Source: Halorarum halobium (GTDB lineage: Archaea > Halobacteriota > Halobacteria > Halobacteriales > Haloferacaceae). From it: 64,000 bases of DNA. Under the pieces are notes generated by a model that saw only the letters and a list, made by a program, of their open reading frames with translations, was not told the origin of the DNA and ran no database searches. This document shows positions 10,386 through 20,869 of the stretch, piece after piece. Within the stretch, counting starts at the first letter, position 1. The number at the start of each line of letters is the position of its first letter. The position numbers and the translations under genes are program-made. The stretch lies in the NCBI RefSeq assembly GCF_032116555.1, contig NZ_CP134951.1, positions 1-64,000 of the forward strand, in the 5' to 3' direction.

Positions 10386-11676
10386 GGAGTCGGGTTCCGG
10401 CGAGTCGGCGACGGCGGGGAGCGAACCGCCGGAACGCACGGTCGTCCACGGCGCCTCGGAACTCGTCGTCGGCCCGGACGACGGCGTCGAAGTCGAGACG
10501 ATCACGGACGGGGCGTTCGCCGCCGAGGACGGCCGCGTCGTCGCCATCGGCACGACCGACGAGGTGCTGCGCGAGTACCCCGCCGGGAGCGCCGACGTCG
10601 CCGTCGACGCCGACGGTCGCCTGGTGACGCCGGGGTTCGTCGACCCGCACTCCCACGCCGTCTTCGCCGGCGACCGGACCGACGAGTTCGCGGCGAAGTT
10701 GCGGGGCAAATCCTACGAGGACATCCTCGCCGAGGGCGGCGGCATCCTCCGCACGGTGAGAGCGGTCCGCGAGGCCGACGAGGCGACGCTGACCGCGAAC
10801 CTGCTCGAGCACCTCGACGTCATGCTCGCGCACGGCACCACCACGGTCGAGGTCAAGAGCGGCTACGGCCTCTCGACCGAGTCCGAACTGAAACTGCTCC
10901 GCGCCATCGACGCGGCCGCCGAAGCGCACCCGGTCTCGGTCGTGCCGACGTTCATGGGCGCGCACGCGGTCCCCGATGGCGACGACGCCGAGGCGTACAC
11001 CCGACGGGTCGTCGACGAACAGATACCGGCCGTCGCCGAGCAGGGCATCGCGGACTTTTGCGACGTGTTCTGCGAGCGCGGCGTGTTCTCGGCGGACCAG
11101 TCGCGCCGGATCCTGGAGGCGGGACGGGAGGCCGGCCTGACGCCGAAGATCCACGCCGACGAGTTCGCCGACGTGGGGGCGACGGGGGTCGCCGCCGACG
11201 TCGGCGCGGCGAGTGCGGACCACCTCCTCCGGACCGACGACGACGGTGCCGACCGACTCGTCGAGGCGGGCGTGACGCCCGTCCTGCTGCCCGGAACGGC
11301 GTTCGCGCTCGGCGAGGCGTACGCCGACGCCCGCCGGTTCCTCGACGCCGGAACGCCGGTCGCGCTCGCAACCGACTTCAACCCGAACTGCTTCGCCCGC
11401 AGCATGGGCTTCGTCGCCACGCTCGGCTGCGTCGGGATGGGGATGACGCCGGCCGAGTCGGTCCGGGGGGTCACGCACGCCGCAGCGGAAGCGCTCGACC
11501 GGGCGGACGGGGCGGGCGGCGTCGGGACGCTCCGCCCCGGCGCACCCGCTGACGCGGTCGTCCACGGCGTAGGGAAACTCGTGGACGTCCCGTACAGCCT
11601 GGACGTGAACACGGTCGAGACGGTGCTCTCGAAGGGGAGTCGCGTCGTCGCGGACGGGAGGGTCGCCCGTGAGTGA
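10378..11676 (+). CDS. hutI: Imidazolonepropionase
   Basis: [39 protein letters not shown]. Confidence 0.95.
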   Translation: MREESGSGESATAGSEPPERTVVHGASELVVGPDDGVEVETITDGAFAAEDGRVVAIGTTDEVLREYPAGSADVAVDADGRLVTPGFVDPHSHAVFAGDRTDEFAAKLRGKSYEDILAEGGGILRTVRAVREADEATLTANLLEHLDVMLAHGTTTVEVKSGYGLSTESELKLLRAIDAAAEAHPVSVVPTFMGAHAVPDGDDAEAYTRRVVDEQIPAVAEQGIADFCDVFCERGVFSADQSRRILEAGREAGLTPKIHADEFADVGATGVAADVGAASADHLLRTDDDGADRLVEAGVTPVLLPGTAFALGEAYADARRFLDAGTPVALATDFNPNCFARSMGFVATLGCVGMGMTPAESVRGVTHAAAEALDRADGAGGVGTLRPGAPADAVVHGVGKLVDVPYSLDVNTVETVLSKGSRVVADGRVARE

Positions 11677-13306
11677 GACCGAGGTCGTCCTCGACGGCGA
11701 CTCGCTCACGCCCGAGGAGGTCCGCGCGGTCGCCCGCGACCGTGTGGCCGTCCGAATCGCGGACGCGGCACGGGAATCGGTCCGCGAGGCCCGCGAGCGT
11801 GTCGTCTCGGCCGTCGACTCGGGCGAGGCGGTGTACGGGCTCAACACCGGCTTCGGCCACCTCGTCGACACGCGGATCGACCCCGAGGACGTGGAGGCGC
11901 TCCAGACGAACCTCGTCCGCAGCCACGCGGCCGGCGTCGGCAGGCGGCTGACCGACGAGGAGGTCCGCGGCCTGATGCTCACGCGGGTCAACGCGCTCGT
12001 GAAGGGCTACTCGGGCGTCCGCGAGGTCGTGGTCAACCACCTCGTGGCGATGCTCAACGAGGGCATCCACCCGGTCGTCCCGGCCCAGGGGAGCCTCGGC
12101 GCGAGCGGCGACCTCGCGCCGCTCGCGCACGTCGCGATCGTCCTGCTCGGGGAGGGGACGGCGACGGTGGACGAGGAGGACGGTGCCGGCGGCGAGGGCG
12201 ACGACGTGGCGGGCGGCGCCGAAACGAGCGACCGGACGGAACTGTCGGGGGCGGACGCGCTCGCCAGCGCCGGCCTCGACCCGCTCCGACTCGCACCCAA
12301 GGAGGGGCTCGCGCTCATCAACGGGACGCAACTCACCGTCGCGCTCGCCGCGCTGCTCGTCGTCGACGCCGAGCGCGTCCTCGACGCGGCCGACGCCGCG
12401 GGGGCGCTCACGACCGAGGTGACGATGTCCACGACGGCCAACTGCGATCCCGCAGTGACCGACGTCCGGCCCCACGCGGGCCAGGCCCAGAGCGCGGCCA
12501 ACGTCCGCCGGTTCACCGCCGGCTCCGAGGTCATCGAGTCCCACCGCAACTGCGACCGGGTGCAAGATGCGTACTCCATCAGGTGTCTCCCGCAGGTCCA
12601 CGGCGCGGTCCGGGACGCGGTCGCCCACCTACGCGAGGCCGTCGAGGTCGAGTTGAACAGCGCGACCGACAACCCGCTCGTGTTCCCGCCCGAGGCGGTC
12701 GCGGGGCGGGCCAGCGGCGGCGACGACGCGGCGGTGCTCTCGGCGGGCAACTTCCACGGCGCGCCGCTGGCCCACCTGCTCGACTACGTCGCCGCCGCGC
12801 TGACCGACCTGACGGCCATCTGTGAGCGCCGGGTCGACCGCATGCTCAACCCGGAACTCCAGGAGGACCACCTCCCGCCGTTCCTCGCCGAGCGGAGCGG
12901 GCTCCAGTCGGGGTACATGATCGCACAGTACACCGCCGCGGCGCTGCTGAACGAGTGCCGCTCGCTCGGCCGGGCCGCCACGGACTCGACGCCCGTCAGC
13001 GGCGGCCAGGAGGACCACGTCAGCATGAGCGGACAGGCGGCGCTGCACGCCCGGACGGTCGCGGGGAACGCCGCGACGGTCGTCGGCGTCGAACTCGTCT
13101 GTGGCGCGCAGGCGGCCGAGTTCCTCGATTCGGACCTCACGCTCGGCGACGGCACCGCCGCTGCCTACCGGACCGTCCGCGAAGTCGTCCCGCCACTGGA
13201 GACCGACAGGCCGCTCGACGCGGACCTGCGGGCGGGCGAGCGGCTGGTGGCGAGCGGAGCGATCCGGGACGCGGTGACGGCTGCCGCGTCGGCCGACGCC
13301 GAGTGA
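11669..13306 (+). CDS. hutH: Histidine ammonia-lyase
   Basis: VYGLNTGFG, GASGDLAPL (MIO tripeptide ASG), KEGLALINGT, QDAYSIRC.PQV.G, QEDHVSM. Confidence 0.97.
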   Translation: MSETEVVLDGDSLTPEEVRAVARDRVAVRIADAARESVREARERVVSAVDSGEAVYGLNTGFGHLVDTRIDPEDVEALQTNLVRSHAAGVGRRLTDEEVRGLMLTRVNALVKGYSGVREVVVNHLVAMLNEGIHPVVPAQGSLGASGDLAPLAHVAIVLLGEGTATVDEEDGAGGEGDDVAGGAETSDRTELSGADALASAGLDPLRLAPKEGLALINGTQLTVALAALLVVDAERVLDAADAAGALTTEVTMSTTANCDPAVTDVRPHAGQAQSAANVRRFTAGSEVIESHRNCDRVQDAYSIRCLPQVHGAVRDAVAHLREAVEVELNSATDNPLVFPPEAVAGRASGGDDAAVLSAGNFHGAPLAHLLDYVAAALTDLTAICERRVDRMLNPELQEDHLPPFLAERSGLQSGYMIAQYTAAALLNECRSLGRAATDSTPVSGGQEDHVSMSGQAALHARTVAGNAATVVGVELVCGAQAAEFLDSDLTLGDGTAAAYRTVREVVPPLETDRPLDADLRAGERLVASGAIRDAVTAAASADAE

Positions 13307-13426
13307 CGGCGGCGATGGGAGCCGGGGCGGAGCCCGCGAGCCGCCGGATCGCCCCGCCGGGTCCGAACCCCCACGAACGCTGCCGGGTGCCAACGATTTA
13401 TGCGCCGCCGTCGTCGCCGAGTTCGT

Positions 13427-15619
13427 ATGCCACCGTCCCCGCCCGCGACCGAGCGCCGCCCCGTGACCGAGACCCTCCACGGCGAGGAGGTGACTGACCC
13501 GTACCGCTGGCTGGAGGAGGGGAGCGAGGCGATCGAAGCGTGGGTCGAGGCCCAGAACGAGTACGCCGACGGCTTCCTCGGCGGGGACACCGCCGAGGCG
13601 CTCGGCCCCCGGTTCGAGGAGCTGGCGCGCGTGACCGACCACGGCGCGGTCACCGCCCGCGGCGGGCGCTACTTCCAGACCGTCGAGGGCCCGGAGCAGG
13701 ACCACGGCGTGCTGTTCGTCCGCGAGTCGTTCGACGAGGAGCCGCGGGGGCTCGTCGACCCGAACGCCTTCGAGGCCGAGGCCGCCTCGATGAACTGGTA
13801 CGTCGTCGGCCCCGACGGCGACCGCGTCGCCTACGGCTACGACGAGGGCGGCGAGGAGCAGTACGACGTGCGCGTCGTCGACGTCGGCTCGGGGACGGTG
13901 ACCGAGGAGATACCGGGGCTCGGCCGCGTGAACCCCGGCGGGTTCGCGTGGACCGACGACGGCTTCTACTACGTCGCCACCGGCGACGTCGGCGGCGGCG
14001 GCCAACTGGAGAAGGCACTGTACTACCACGAACACGGTACCGACCCCGACGACGACCCGTTCGTCACGGACGCGTTCGGCGAGCACGACTGGCCGCAACT
14101 GGAGTTCGACGACGAGTCCGGCACCCTGCTCGCGGCGGTCCACGAGGGCACGGCGAACTCGGAGGTGTTCCTGGTCGACGTCGACGCCGCGGAGTCGGGT
14201 GACGGGTCCGATGGCTCGGACGAAAGTACGACGGGCGGAAGCACGATGGACGGGAGCGCGCTCGTACCCCTGATCACCGACGCGGACGGCACGTTCCGCC
14301 CGCACGTCCACGACGGGACGGTCCACTTCGTGACGAACTACGGGGCCGCGTTCTCGCGGGTGCTCTCGGTGCCGGCCGCGGAAATGGCGGCGCTCGCGGC
14401 CGACGGGGGCGACGCCGACGCTGCCGATGATCCCGAAACCGCGGGAGGCGGGCTGCTCGACCCGAGCGCGCTGACCGAGACGGTCCCCGAGACCGACGGC
14501 GTGCTCCAGGGGATCGCCTTCGCCGGCGACCGCCTGCTCGCCCACCACATGCACGACGTCAGTTCGGAGCTCACAGTGTGGGCCGACGGCGAAGCGGTGG
14601 AGCGGATTCCGACGCCCGAGTTCTGCAGCGTCGCCGGCGTCTCGGGCGACGAGTCGGGCGGGGACGGCGAGACGGCCGGGGACGGCACGACGACCGTGGA
14701 CGACGAGGTGTTCTACGTCGAATCGACGTTCGACGCGCCCTCGCGGGTCCGGCGCTACGACTTCGGGACCGGCGAGGCCGAGACGCTCGCGCGGGCCGAC
14801 GTCTCGTACGAGGTCGACGTGGCCGTCTCCCAGGAGTTCTTCGAGTCGACCGACGGGACGGCGGTGCCGGCGTTCGTCGTCCACCGCGAGGGGCTCGAGC
14901 CCGACGGCGACGCGCCGACGGTGCTGTACGGCTACGGCGGCTTCCGCATCCCGCAGACGCCCGGCTTCGATCGCTTCCGCGGGCCGTTCCTCGCGGCCGG
15001 CGGCGTGTTCGTCGTGGCGAACCTGCGCGGCGGGAGCGAGTACGGCGAGCCCTGGCACGAGGCGGGCATGCGCGGGCGCAAGCAGACCGTCTTCGACGAC
15101 TTCTACGCGGTCGCGGAGGGGCTGATCGATGCGGGCTACACGAACACCGACCGGCTCGCGGCCTACGGCGGGTCGAACGGCGGCCTGCTCACGGGCGCTG
15201 CCGTGACCCAGCGGCCCGGCCTCTGGGGCGCGGTGCTCTCGACGGTGCCGCTGCTCGACATGCTCCGATTCCACCGGTTCCTGCTCGGCGAGTACTGGAC
15301 CGTCGAGTACGGCAGCCCCGACGACCCGGACGACTTCGCGTACCTCCGCGAGTACTCGCCGTACCACAACGTCGCCGAGCGGGCGTACCCGCCGACGATG
15401 TTCAAGACCGCCGCGGGCGACACCCGAGTCCACCCCGGCCACGCGCGCAAGATGACCGCGCTGATGCAGGAGCGAAACACGGGCGACGCGCCAGTCGTCC
15501 TCCGGACCGAGACCGACACGGGTCACGGCGTCGGCAAGCCGACCGAGATGATCGTCCGCGAGCAGGTCGAGCAGTGGACGTGGCTGTGCGACCGGCTCGG
15601 CGTCGACGTCGGCCAGTAG
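13427..15619 (+). CDS. Prolyl oligopeptidase (S9A)
   Basis: DPYRWLE, YGYGGF, GGSNGG (catalytic Ser), DTRV, GHG; ATG at 13427 with TTTATG about 30 nt upstream. Confidence 0.93.
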   Translation: MPPSPPATERRPVTETLHGEEVTDPYRWLEEGSEAIEAWVEAQNEYADGFLGGDTAEALGPRFEELARVTDHGAVTARGGRYFQTVEGPEQDHGVLFVRESFDEEPRGLVDPNAFEAEAASMNWYVVGPDGDRVAYGYDEGGEEQYDVRVVDVGSGTVTEEIPGLGRVNPGGFAWTDDGFYYVATGDVGGGGQLEKALYYHEHGTDPDDDPFVTDAFGEHDWPQLEFDDESGTLLAAVHEGTANSEVFLVDVDAAESGDGSDGSDESTTGGSTMDGSALVPLITDADGTFRPHVHDGTVHFVTNYGAAFSRVLSVPAAEMAALAADGGDADAADDPETAGGGLLDPSALTETVPETDGVLQGIAFAGDRLLAHHMHDVSSELTVWADGEAVERIPTPEFCSVAGVSGDESGGDGETAGDGTTTVDDEVFYVESTFDAPSRVRRYDFGTGEAETLARADVSYEVDVAVSQEFFESTDGTAVPAFVVHREGLEPDGDAPTVLYGYGGFRIPQTPGFDRFRGPFLAAGGVFVVANLRGGSEYGEPWHEAGMRGRKQTVFDDFYAVAEGLIDAGYTNTDRLAAYGGSNGGLLTGAAVTQRPGLWGAVLSTVPLLDMLRFHRFLLGEYWTVEYGSPDDPDDFAYLREYSPYHNVAERAYPPTMFKTAAGDTRVHPGHARKMTALMQERNTGDAPVVLRTETDTGHGVGKPTEMIVREQVEQWTWLCDRLGVDVGQ

Positions 15620-15834
15620 CGGGCACCTGGCGTGGGGATTGGCGGGGGACGCACCCAGGTTGCGGTCGTGAGGTCGGCTGCCCCCCGACAGTCACCAGGG
15701 CGCGTCGGCCTCCCCCGAGTCGACGAACTCGAACAGGTCGTCGAACTCGGCCGGGAGCGACGCCGTCAGGTTCCCCGCCGGGCGCGTGTCCTATTTCACC
15801 CTTCGGACCGAATCGGTCCCGAGGACGAGCGCGC

Positions 15835-16461
15835 ATGTTCCGCGACCGGACCGACGCGGGCGAACGGCTCGCACGGCTGCTCCGCGACCGGGGGGTCCGT
15901 GCCGACCTCGTGCTGGCGATCCCGCGCGGCGGGCTCCCGGTCGCGCGGCCGGTCGCGGACGCGCTTGGCGCGCCGCTCGACGTCGTCGTCGCCAAGAAAC
16001 TCGGCGCGCCGGGCAACCCCGAGTTCGCCATCGGCGCGGCAGCCTCGGACGGGAGCGTCTGGCTGAACCGGGACGCGATCGCCCGGCTCGGCATCTCCGA
16101 GCGCCACGTCGAACGCGAGCGGCGGGTCGCCGCGAGGGCCGCCCGGACCAGAGAGGCGGCGTACCGCACCGGCGGCCCGCCGGACGTTCGGGGCGCGTCG
16201 GTCGTCCTGGTCGACGACGGCGTCGCGACGGGCGCGACCGTCACCGCCTGCCTCCGGCTGCTCGCGGCGCGGGGGGCCGGACGCGTCGTGCTCGCGGTCC
16301 CGGTCGGTCCCCCGGACACCCTCGATCGGCTGGCGGGCGAGGCCGACGAGGTGATCGTGGTCGAGTCGCCGCCCCATTTCGGTGCCGTCGGCCAGTTCTA
16401 CCGGCGGTTCGAGCAGGTCTCCGACGGGGAGGCGATGGCGATCCTCGGCGGTGCGTCCTGA
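15835..16461 (+). CDS. Phosphoribosyltransferase-like protein
   Basis: MFRDRTDAG, LAIPRGG, VVLVDDGVATGAT PRPP loop, AVGQFY..FEQVSD. Confidence 0.88.
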   Translation: MFRDRTDAGERLARLLRDRGVRADLVLAIPRGGLPVARPVADALGAPLDVVVAKKLGAPGNPEFAIGAAASDGSVWLNRDAIARLGISERHVERERRVAARAARTREAAYRTGGPPDVRGASVVLVDDGVATGATVTACLRLLAARGAGRVVLAVPVGPPDTLDRLAGEADEVIVVESPPHFGAVGQFYRRFEQVSDGEAMAILGGAS

Positions 16462-16955
16462 CGGGCGGCCGGTCGGAGATCCCGGAGGCGGCCACGAGCG
16501 ACGAGACGCGTCGGCACGTTGTGAGGAGACGCGTCGACACGAATCGTGAGACGGTGCTCACGCGCGACCGTTCATAAAACGCCCGGCGGGCGCGGACGCC
16601 TCGGACGAGTCCCGGACTGTGGGGTCCGTGACGCCGAGTACGCACGTCGCGCCGTCTCCGGGCGGGTCGGTTCGAAAAGGTGCCGGATGGGGTGGATGCC
16701 GGGTACGGCACCTGATGTGGGGTCGTCGACGGTACAGGGGGGAACGACCGTCGAATCTCGCTCCGCAGGTCGCCACCGACTCCTTCGGAAGGCGTTCGCG
16801 CTCCGGGCCAGGCACGCGAGGCCCTCCGACGGCCGGTAGCGTCTATCCGTACAGCCGATTCCCCCATTGTTATACGGGTTGTACCGCGCCGACATGTCTC
16901 CGGCGAGTCTCTGTCCGAACCTGCCAGCGTGCGAGGGGCCTCGGCGCCGGTCGGA

Positions 16956-17188
16956 CACACCTCTTTTCGAGTGCTCTCCCGCGGCCTCAGCCCTCGGGAG
17001 GAGCCCCGTTCGACGCTCTCGGCCGTCGTGGGGGCCTGCGAGCACTCGAAAACCGGTGTTCGGTCGCTCGCGGGAGGCTACCGAATGCGTTCGGTTCGGA
17101 TCGGAACACCGGTTTTCGAGTGCTTTGGACGGCGGTTTCGATGGATAGGGGAGTCCTAGCCGGAAGTAAGCATTTGAAAACTGGTGTG
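16956..17188. repeat. Four ORB-like 20-mers downstream of orc1/cdc6, alternating orientation (16956, 17041, 17105, 17169)
   Basis: Matches to CACACCGGTTTTCGAGTGCT or its reverse complement. Confidence 0.85.
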
Positions 17189-17250
17189 TTCTCGCGGGTG
17201 AGGGGTCTCCCCGTCCGTCGGCCGAGTCGGTCGAACGGCCCCGATCGGGG

Positions 17251-18540
17251 TCACTCCTCGGAGAGGCCCGCCCGCACGAGGATGCTGTCGAGTTCCAGTT
17301 CGACGCCGGCGGTCGGGAGCTCCGAGCTGTCGATGGCGTCCTCGACCTGTCGGACGGTGAGCGCTTCGGACAGTTCGTACGTGTTGTACTGGCCGCCGCG
17401 GAGCCCCTCGTTGTTCTGGAACGACTGGAGGAATCCGAGCATGTCGAGCCGCGTCAGGTGGTTGTACATCCCGCGCTGGCTCAGCGGGTCGTCGCCGGCG
17501 GCCGAGGCGAGCTGCTCGTAGATGGCGTGGATGGCCTTCGTCCGGACCGGCGTGCGACCGTCCGCCTCCAGGCGGGCGACGGCGTCGATGATGAGCTGCT
17601 TGTGCTGGTCCTGGTCGATGATCGACTCCACCATGTCGCCGTAGTCGAGCTCCTCCTTGGCGGCGTACACGTCGCTCGGCGCGATCGGCATGTTCCCGGC
17701 GTTCTCGGCGTGCTCGGCGGCCTGTTTCAGCAGGTCCATCGCGCGCCGCGCGCTCCCGGATGAGTTCCGCATGGCGAGGGCCGCACACAGCGAGAGCACC
17801 TCCTTGTCGTACGTCTCGTCGTGGAGCGCGTTGTTCGCGCGGGCGGCGATGATCTCCTCGAGCTCGTCCGCGCTGTAGGCCGGGAACTTGATCTCCGTCT
17901 CACAGAGCGTGTCGCGCACCTTCGGCGAGAGGTTCGAGCGGAACGTGTAGTCGTTGCTGATGCCGATGAGCCCGATTCGGGTGTCCTCGACGTAGCCGAT
18001 GTCGCGGGCCCGCGGCAGGTCGTACAGCAGCGTGTCGCTCTCGCCGACGCGGTCGACCTCGTCGAGCACGATGAGCACCGTGCCGCCGATGTCGTCCAGT
18101 TCCTCGTAGAGCATCGAGTACACCTCCCGGGAGGCGTACCCCGTCGAGGCGATCTGGTCGTCCCGGAACTCGTTGACGAGCGCGATGGCCACCTGATAGG
18201 AGGAGGCCGTGCCGTCCGAGGGCGCGATGTTCTGACAGTTGATGCGGACGTGCGTGAACGCCCGCTGCTCGTCGGGCGACCTGTCCGCGTTGCGCTCGCG
18301 GATGTCCGACTCCAGCTCCCGAAGCAGATACTTCGTCGCCGCCGTCTTCCCGACGCCCGTGTCCCCGTAGAGAAACGCGTTCCGCGGCGGTCGCCCCTTG
18401 TAGACGGGCTTCAGCGCGTTCACGTAGTTCTGCATGACTTCGTCGCGGCAGAGGATCTCCTCGGGGGTGTGCTCCTCCGTGAAGAGGTCGGCATCGCGGA
18501 TGATCTCCACGTCGTCCTCGAAGATGGAGTTCGACCCCAT
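17251..18540 (-). CDS. orc1: Orc1/Cdc6 replication initiator
   Basis: YGDTGVGKT Walker A, IVLDEVD Walker B, IGISND, FPAYSADEL, GSARRAMDLL, C-terminal winged helix. Confidence 0.95.
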   Translation of the reverse strand: MGSNSIFEDDVEIIRDADLFTEEHTPEEILCRDEVMQNYVNALKPVYKGRPPRNAFLYGDTGVGKTAATKYLLRELESDIRERNADRSPDEQRAFTHVRINCQNIAPSDGTASSYQVAIALVNEFRDDQIASTGYASREVYSMLYEELDDIGGTVLIVLDEVDRVGESDTLLYDLPRARDIGYVEDTRIGLIGISNDYTFRSNLSPKVRDTLCETEIKFPAYSADELEEIIAARANNALHDETYDKEVLSLCAALAMRNSSGSARRAMDLLKQAAEHAENAGNMPIAPSDVYAAKEELDYGDMVESIIDQDQHKQLIIDAVARLEADGRTPVRTKAIHAIYEQLASAAGDDPLSQRGMYNHLTRLDMLGFLQSFQNNEGLRGGQYNTYELSEALTVRQVEDAIDSSELPTAGVELELDSILVRAGLSEE

Positions 18541-18580
18541 TGACACGCGTGTCGGCCACCGGGGGGATAAAGCTAGGTGT

Positions 18581-18670
18581 TACGAGTGCTTTCGAGTGCT
18601 TTCAAGTGCTCACCGGTCGTTTCGAGTGCTCTGCGAGTGAGTGCAAGTGACTGCGAGTGACTGCGACTGC
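18581..18670. repeat. 10-bp periodic array of ORB half-sites at the orc1/cdc6 promoter
   Basis: TACGAGTGCT TTCGAGTGCT TTCAAGTGCT CACCGGTCGT TTCGAGTGCT CTGCGAGTGA GTGCAAGTGA CTGCGAGTGA CTGCGACTGC. Confidence 0.8.
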
Positions 18671-18712
18671 TCCCCGATTCGCCCCCGTTCGCCCCGGAAT
18701 CGGCGGGTGTCC

Positions 18713-19914
18713 CACACCGATTTTCGAGTGCTCGGCGGACGGCGACGGTGGCCGGCGGCATCGAGCAGCGTGTTCCCACCTCGCTTGACGATCGAACCGC
18801 CCGCGGTCAACGGTCGGTGTAGGGCCGGTACGGCCCGGTTATGCCGGCCGTGCGAAAAGTTCTCCAGGTGCGTTCGCGAACGTGACGGCGAGGGCGCCGG
18901 ACGCACACCGGTTTTCGAGTGCTCGGGAGTGTGAGCCGGCGTCTGCCGTGCGTCTTGCGCCGCCGGCGATCCCGTCACGGTCGGGTCAGTTTCGACCCAT
19001 AGGAGCCGGATCGAAGCCGTCGTGTCCGTTCGTTGGTAACTGAGGCGAGCAGAGTGCGTGGCGGCTTCCTCGAGGTCACACCGATTCGTCTCGCGGTGTC
19101 ACTCCCGGGAGTGTCACTCTGAGGAGTCACCGTGCCCGAGTCGTCGCGTCAGGAGAGCTTCGTCCGAGGAAAGTTCGTCAGGAGAACGTCGCAGGGAAAA
19201 CTCCGTCAGGGAACCATAGCGTTGTTGCTGTGTCGGGAGTGCCGCACCGTGATCGTCACGTCATGTCGGTCGGTCGGTGCGTGGATGGTGGTTTGTCGAC
19301 GACGGGACGGGAGTAGGCACGTCGTCGGTCGGTGATCGGACCGCCCGGGCGAGCAGGCTGGGGAAATCGGGAGGGGAGGGGAGGGAACCGTGATGCGACG
19401 GACGGACGCGTACCGTCCCACACCGGTTTTCGAGTGCTATCGGTCGGTCGGTTCGGCGGCCTCTCGTCGATCGCAGGCCGTCTCGGTTGTACGGTTATAA
19501 AGAGCGGCTCGGATGCACGTAACGTTAGTGACTCGAGTTCGAATAATCGCATGGAGGCATCCCGTCTCTAATCTGTTAACACTCCACTACTACTAGACTA
19601 GTAGAAAAGGATATAATATATTGGAATGGGGCCAGCGTTCCAGTCGATGGATTCGCGGTTGCCGCCCGGATTCGCCGGCCTCGTCAACCCGCCACCGCAC
19701 GATCGGTACCCTCGCTTCGACAGCAAAAGCACTCGCAAACTGGTGTGAGGGTGTCCCCGTCGACGCCATCGTGCTCCGGGCACGTCACTCTCGGAACGTC
19801 TCCCCGTGGGAGTCCGAGCGACGGGCCACGACGGACGGCGACGGACCTGGACCGGGTGAACGTCCCGTCGATGGACGGCCGGCGGCCGGGTCGACACACC
19901 GGTTTTCGAGTGCT
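18713..19914. other. Replication origin: ORB-like repeats at 18713, 18904, 19419, 19728 (inverted) and 19895, with an AT-rich DUE at about 19565-19625
   Basis: Gene-free region upstream of orc1; inverted ORB pair 19419/19728 flanks CTACTACTAGACTAGTAGAAAAGGATATAATATATTGG. Confidence 0.85.
19096..19215. repeat. Degenerate 14-15-bp tandem repeats inside the origin region
   Basis: GTGTCACTCnnnGGA x2, then CGTCAGGAGA-like units starting at 19147, 19161, 19176, 19190, 19204. Confidence 0.6.
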
Positions 19915-20076
19915 ATCGTGGCCGGACCGCGGCAGTCGTCGTCGCGACCGGACGGCTGGTGGCCCGACGAGACGGTTCGCTCGTGCTCGCCGCGGGACGC
20001 GAGCGACACCTCGACGGCCGACCGGGGACGGGGGCGCCCGGCGGACTCGGGACGACGTGGCGGACTCGAGACGACG

Positions 20077-20370
20077 TCACCCCACGCCGAGCCGATCCCG
20101 TTCCCAGCGCACCCGCTCTTCGGCGCGTTCGCGGCCGACGGGCGTGAGTTCGTAGGCGTTCGTCCGCCGGTCGATCTCCCCTTTCACGACCAGGTTCGCC
20201 TCGACGAGTTCGTTCAAATTCGGGTAGAGCAACCCGTGGCTCACCGATCGCTCGAACGTTCGCTCGACCTCCTCCGCGATCGTCCTGCCCGAGGGTCGGT
20301 CGAGCCCCGGAATCGTGTACAGGAGGTCCCGCTGGAACCCCGACAGCTCGCCCAGGAGCGGATCGCTCAC
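20077..20370 (-). CDS. PadR-family transcriptional regulator (haloarchaeal type)
   Basis: LSGFQRDLLY..PSG..I....E...VSHGLLYPNLNELV..LV.KGEIDRRTNAY.LT; start uncertain (an in-frame ATG lies further upstream). Confidence 0.85.
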   Translation of the reverse strand: MSDPLLGELSGFQRDLLYTIPGLDRPSGRTIAEEVERTFERSVSHGLLYPNLNELVEANLVVKGEIDRRTNAYELTPVGRERAEERVRWERDRLGVG

Positions 20371-20869
20371 GGACGCCCTCCGCCGCGGCTCGGCTGTTCG
20401 ACGTGACGCCGGACCGACGTCGGACCGTGCGCTGCTCGGTGAAACGGTCGGGTCATCGTGGAGCAACTTCGACGCAGCGGTACTTAGTTCGTGTGCCATC
20501 TCGTCACAATGGGGGTGGGCCCCGAGCACCCGAACCTCGTGCCCGGGGAGGGGGGAATGCGGCCGGTTCGGGAGAGCCGGTACCGAGTCACACCGATGAC
20601 GAGGAACGTGACGACCTCGGGCGGTCGACAGCGTCCCCGAACCGGGACCACGGCTCCGCATCGACCTCCGGCGGGCGGAGCGTGGCTGTTCCGCAGGCAG
20701 GCTTTGCACAACGGGACGGATAAACCTTGCTAGCGTACCACACGGGGGACAGTCACGTTCGCTGTGAGGAACGTCAACGGCACCGTTTCGAGCGAGGGGC
20801 GCTCGTTTCCGTACCGACCGGGCGCCGTCGCTTCGGGAGCGAACGACGCGGAGCCGCCCGCCCGTCGGA

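Noticed and set aside
16956..19914. Repeated 20-mers as a CRISPR array
   Set aside because: Irregular spacing, both orientations, too short and no cas genes; adjacency to orc1/cdc6 explains them as ORBs
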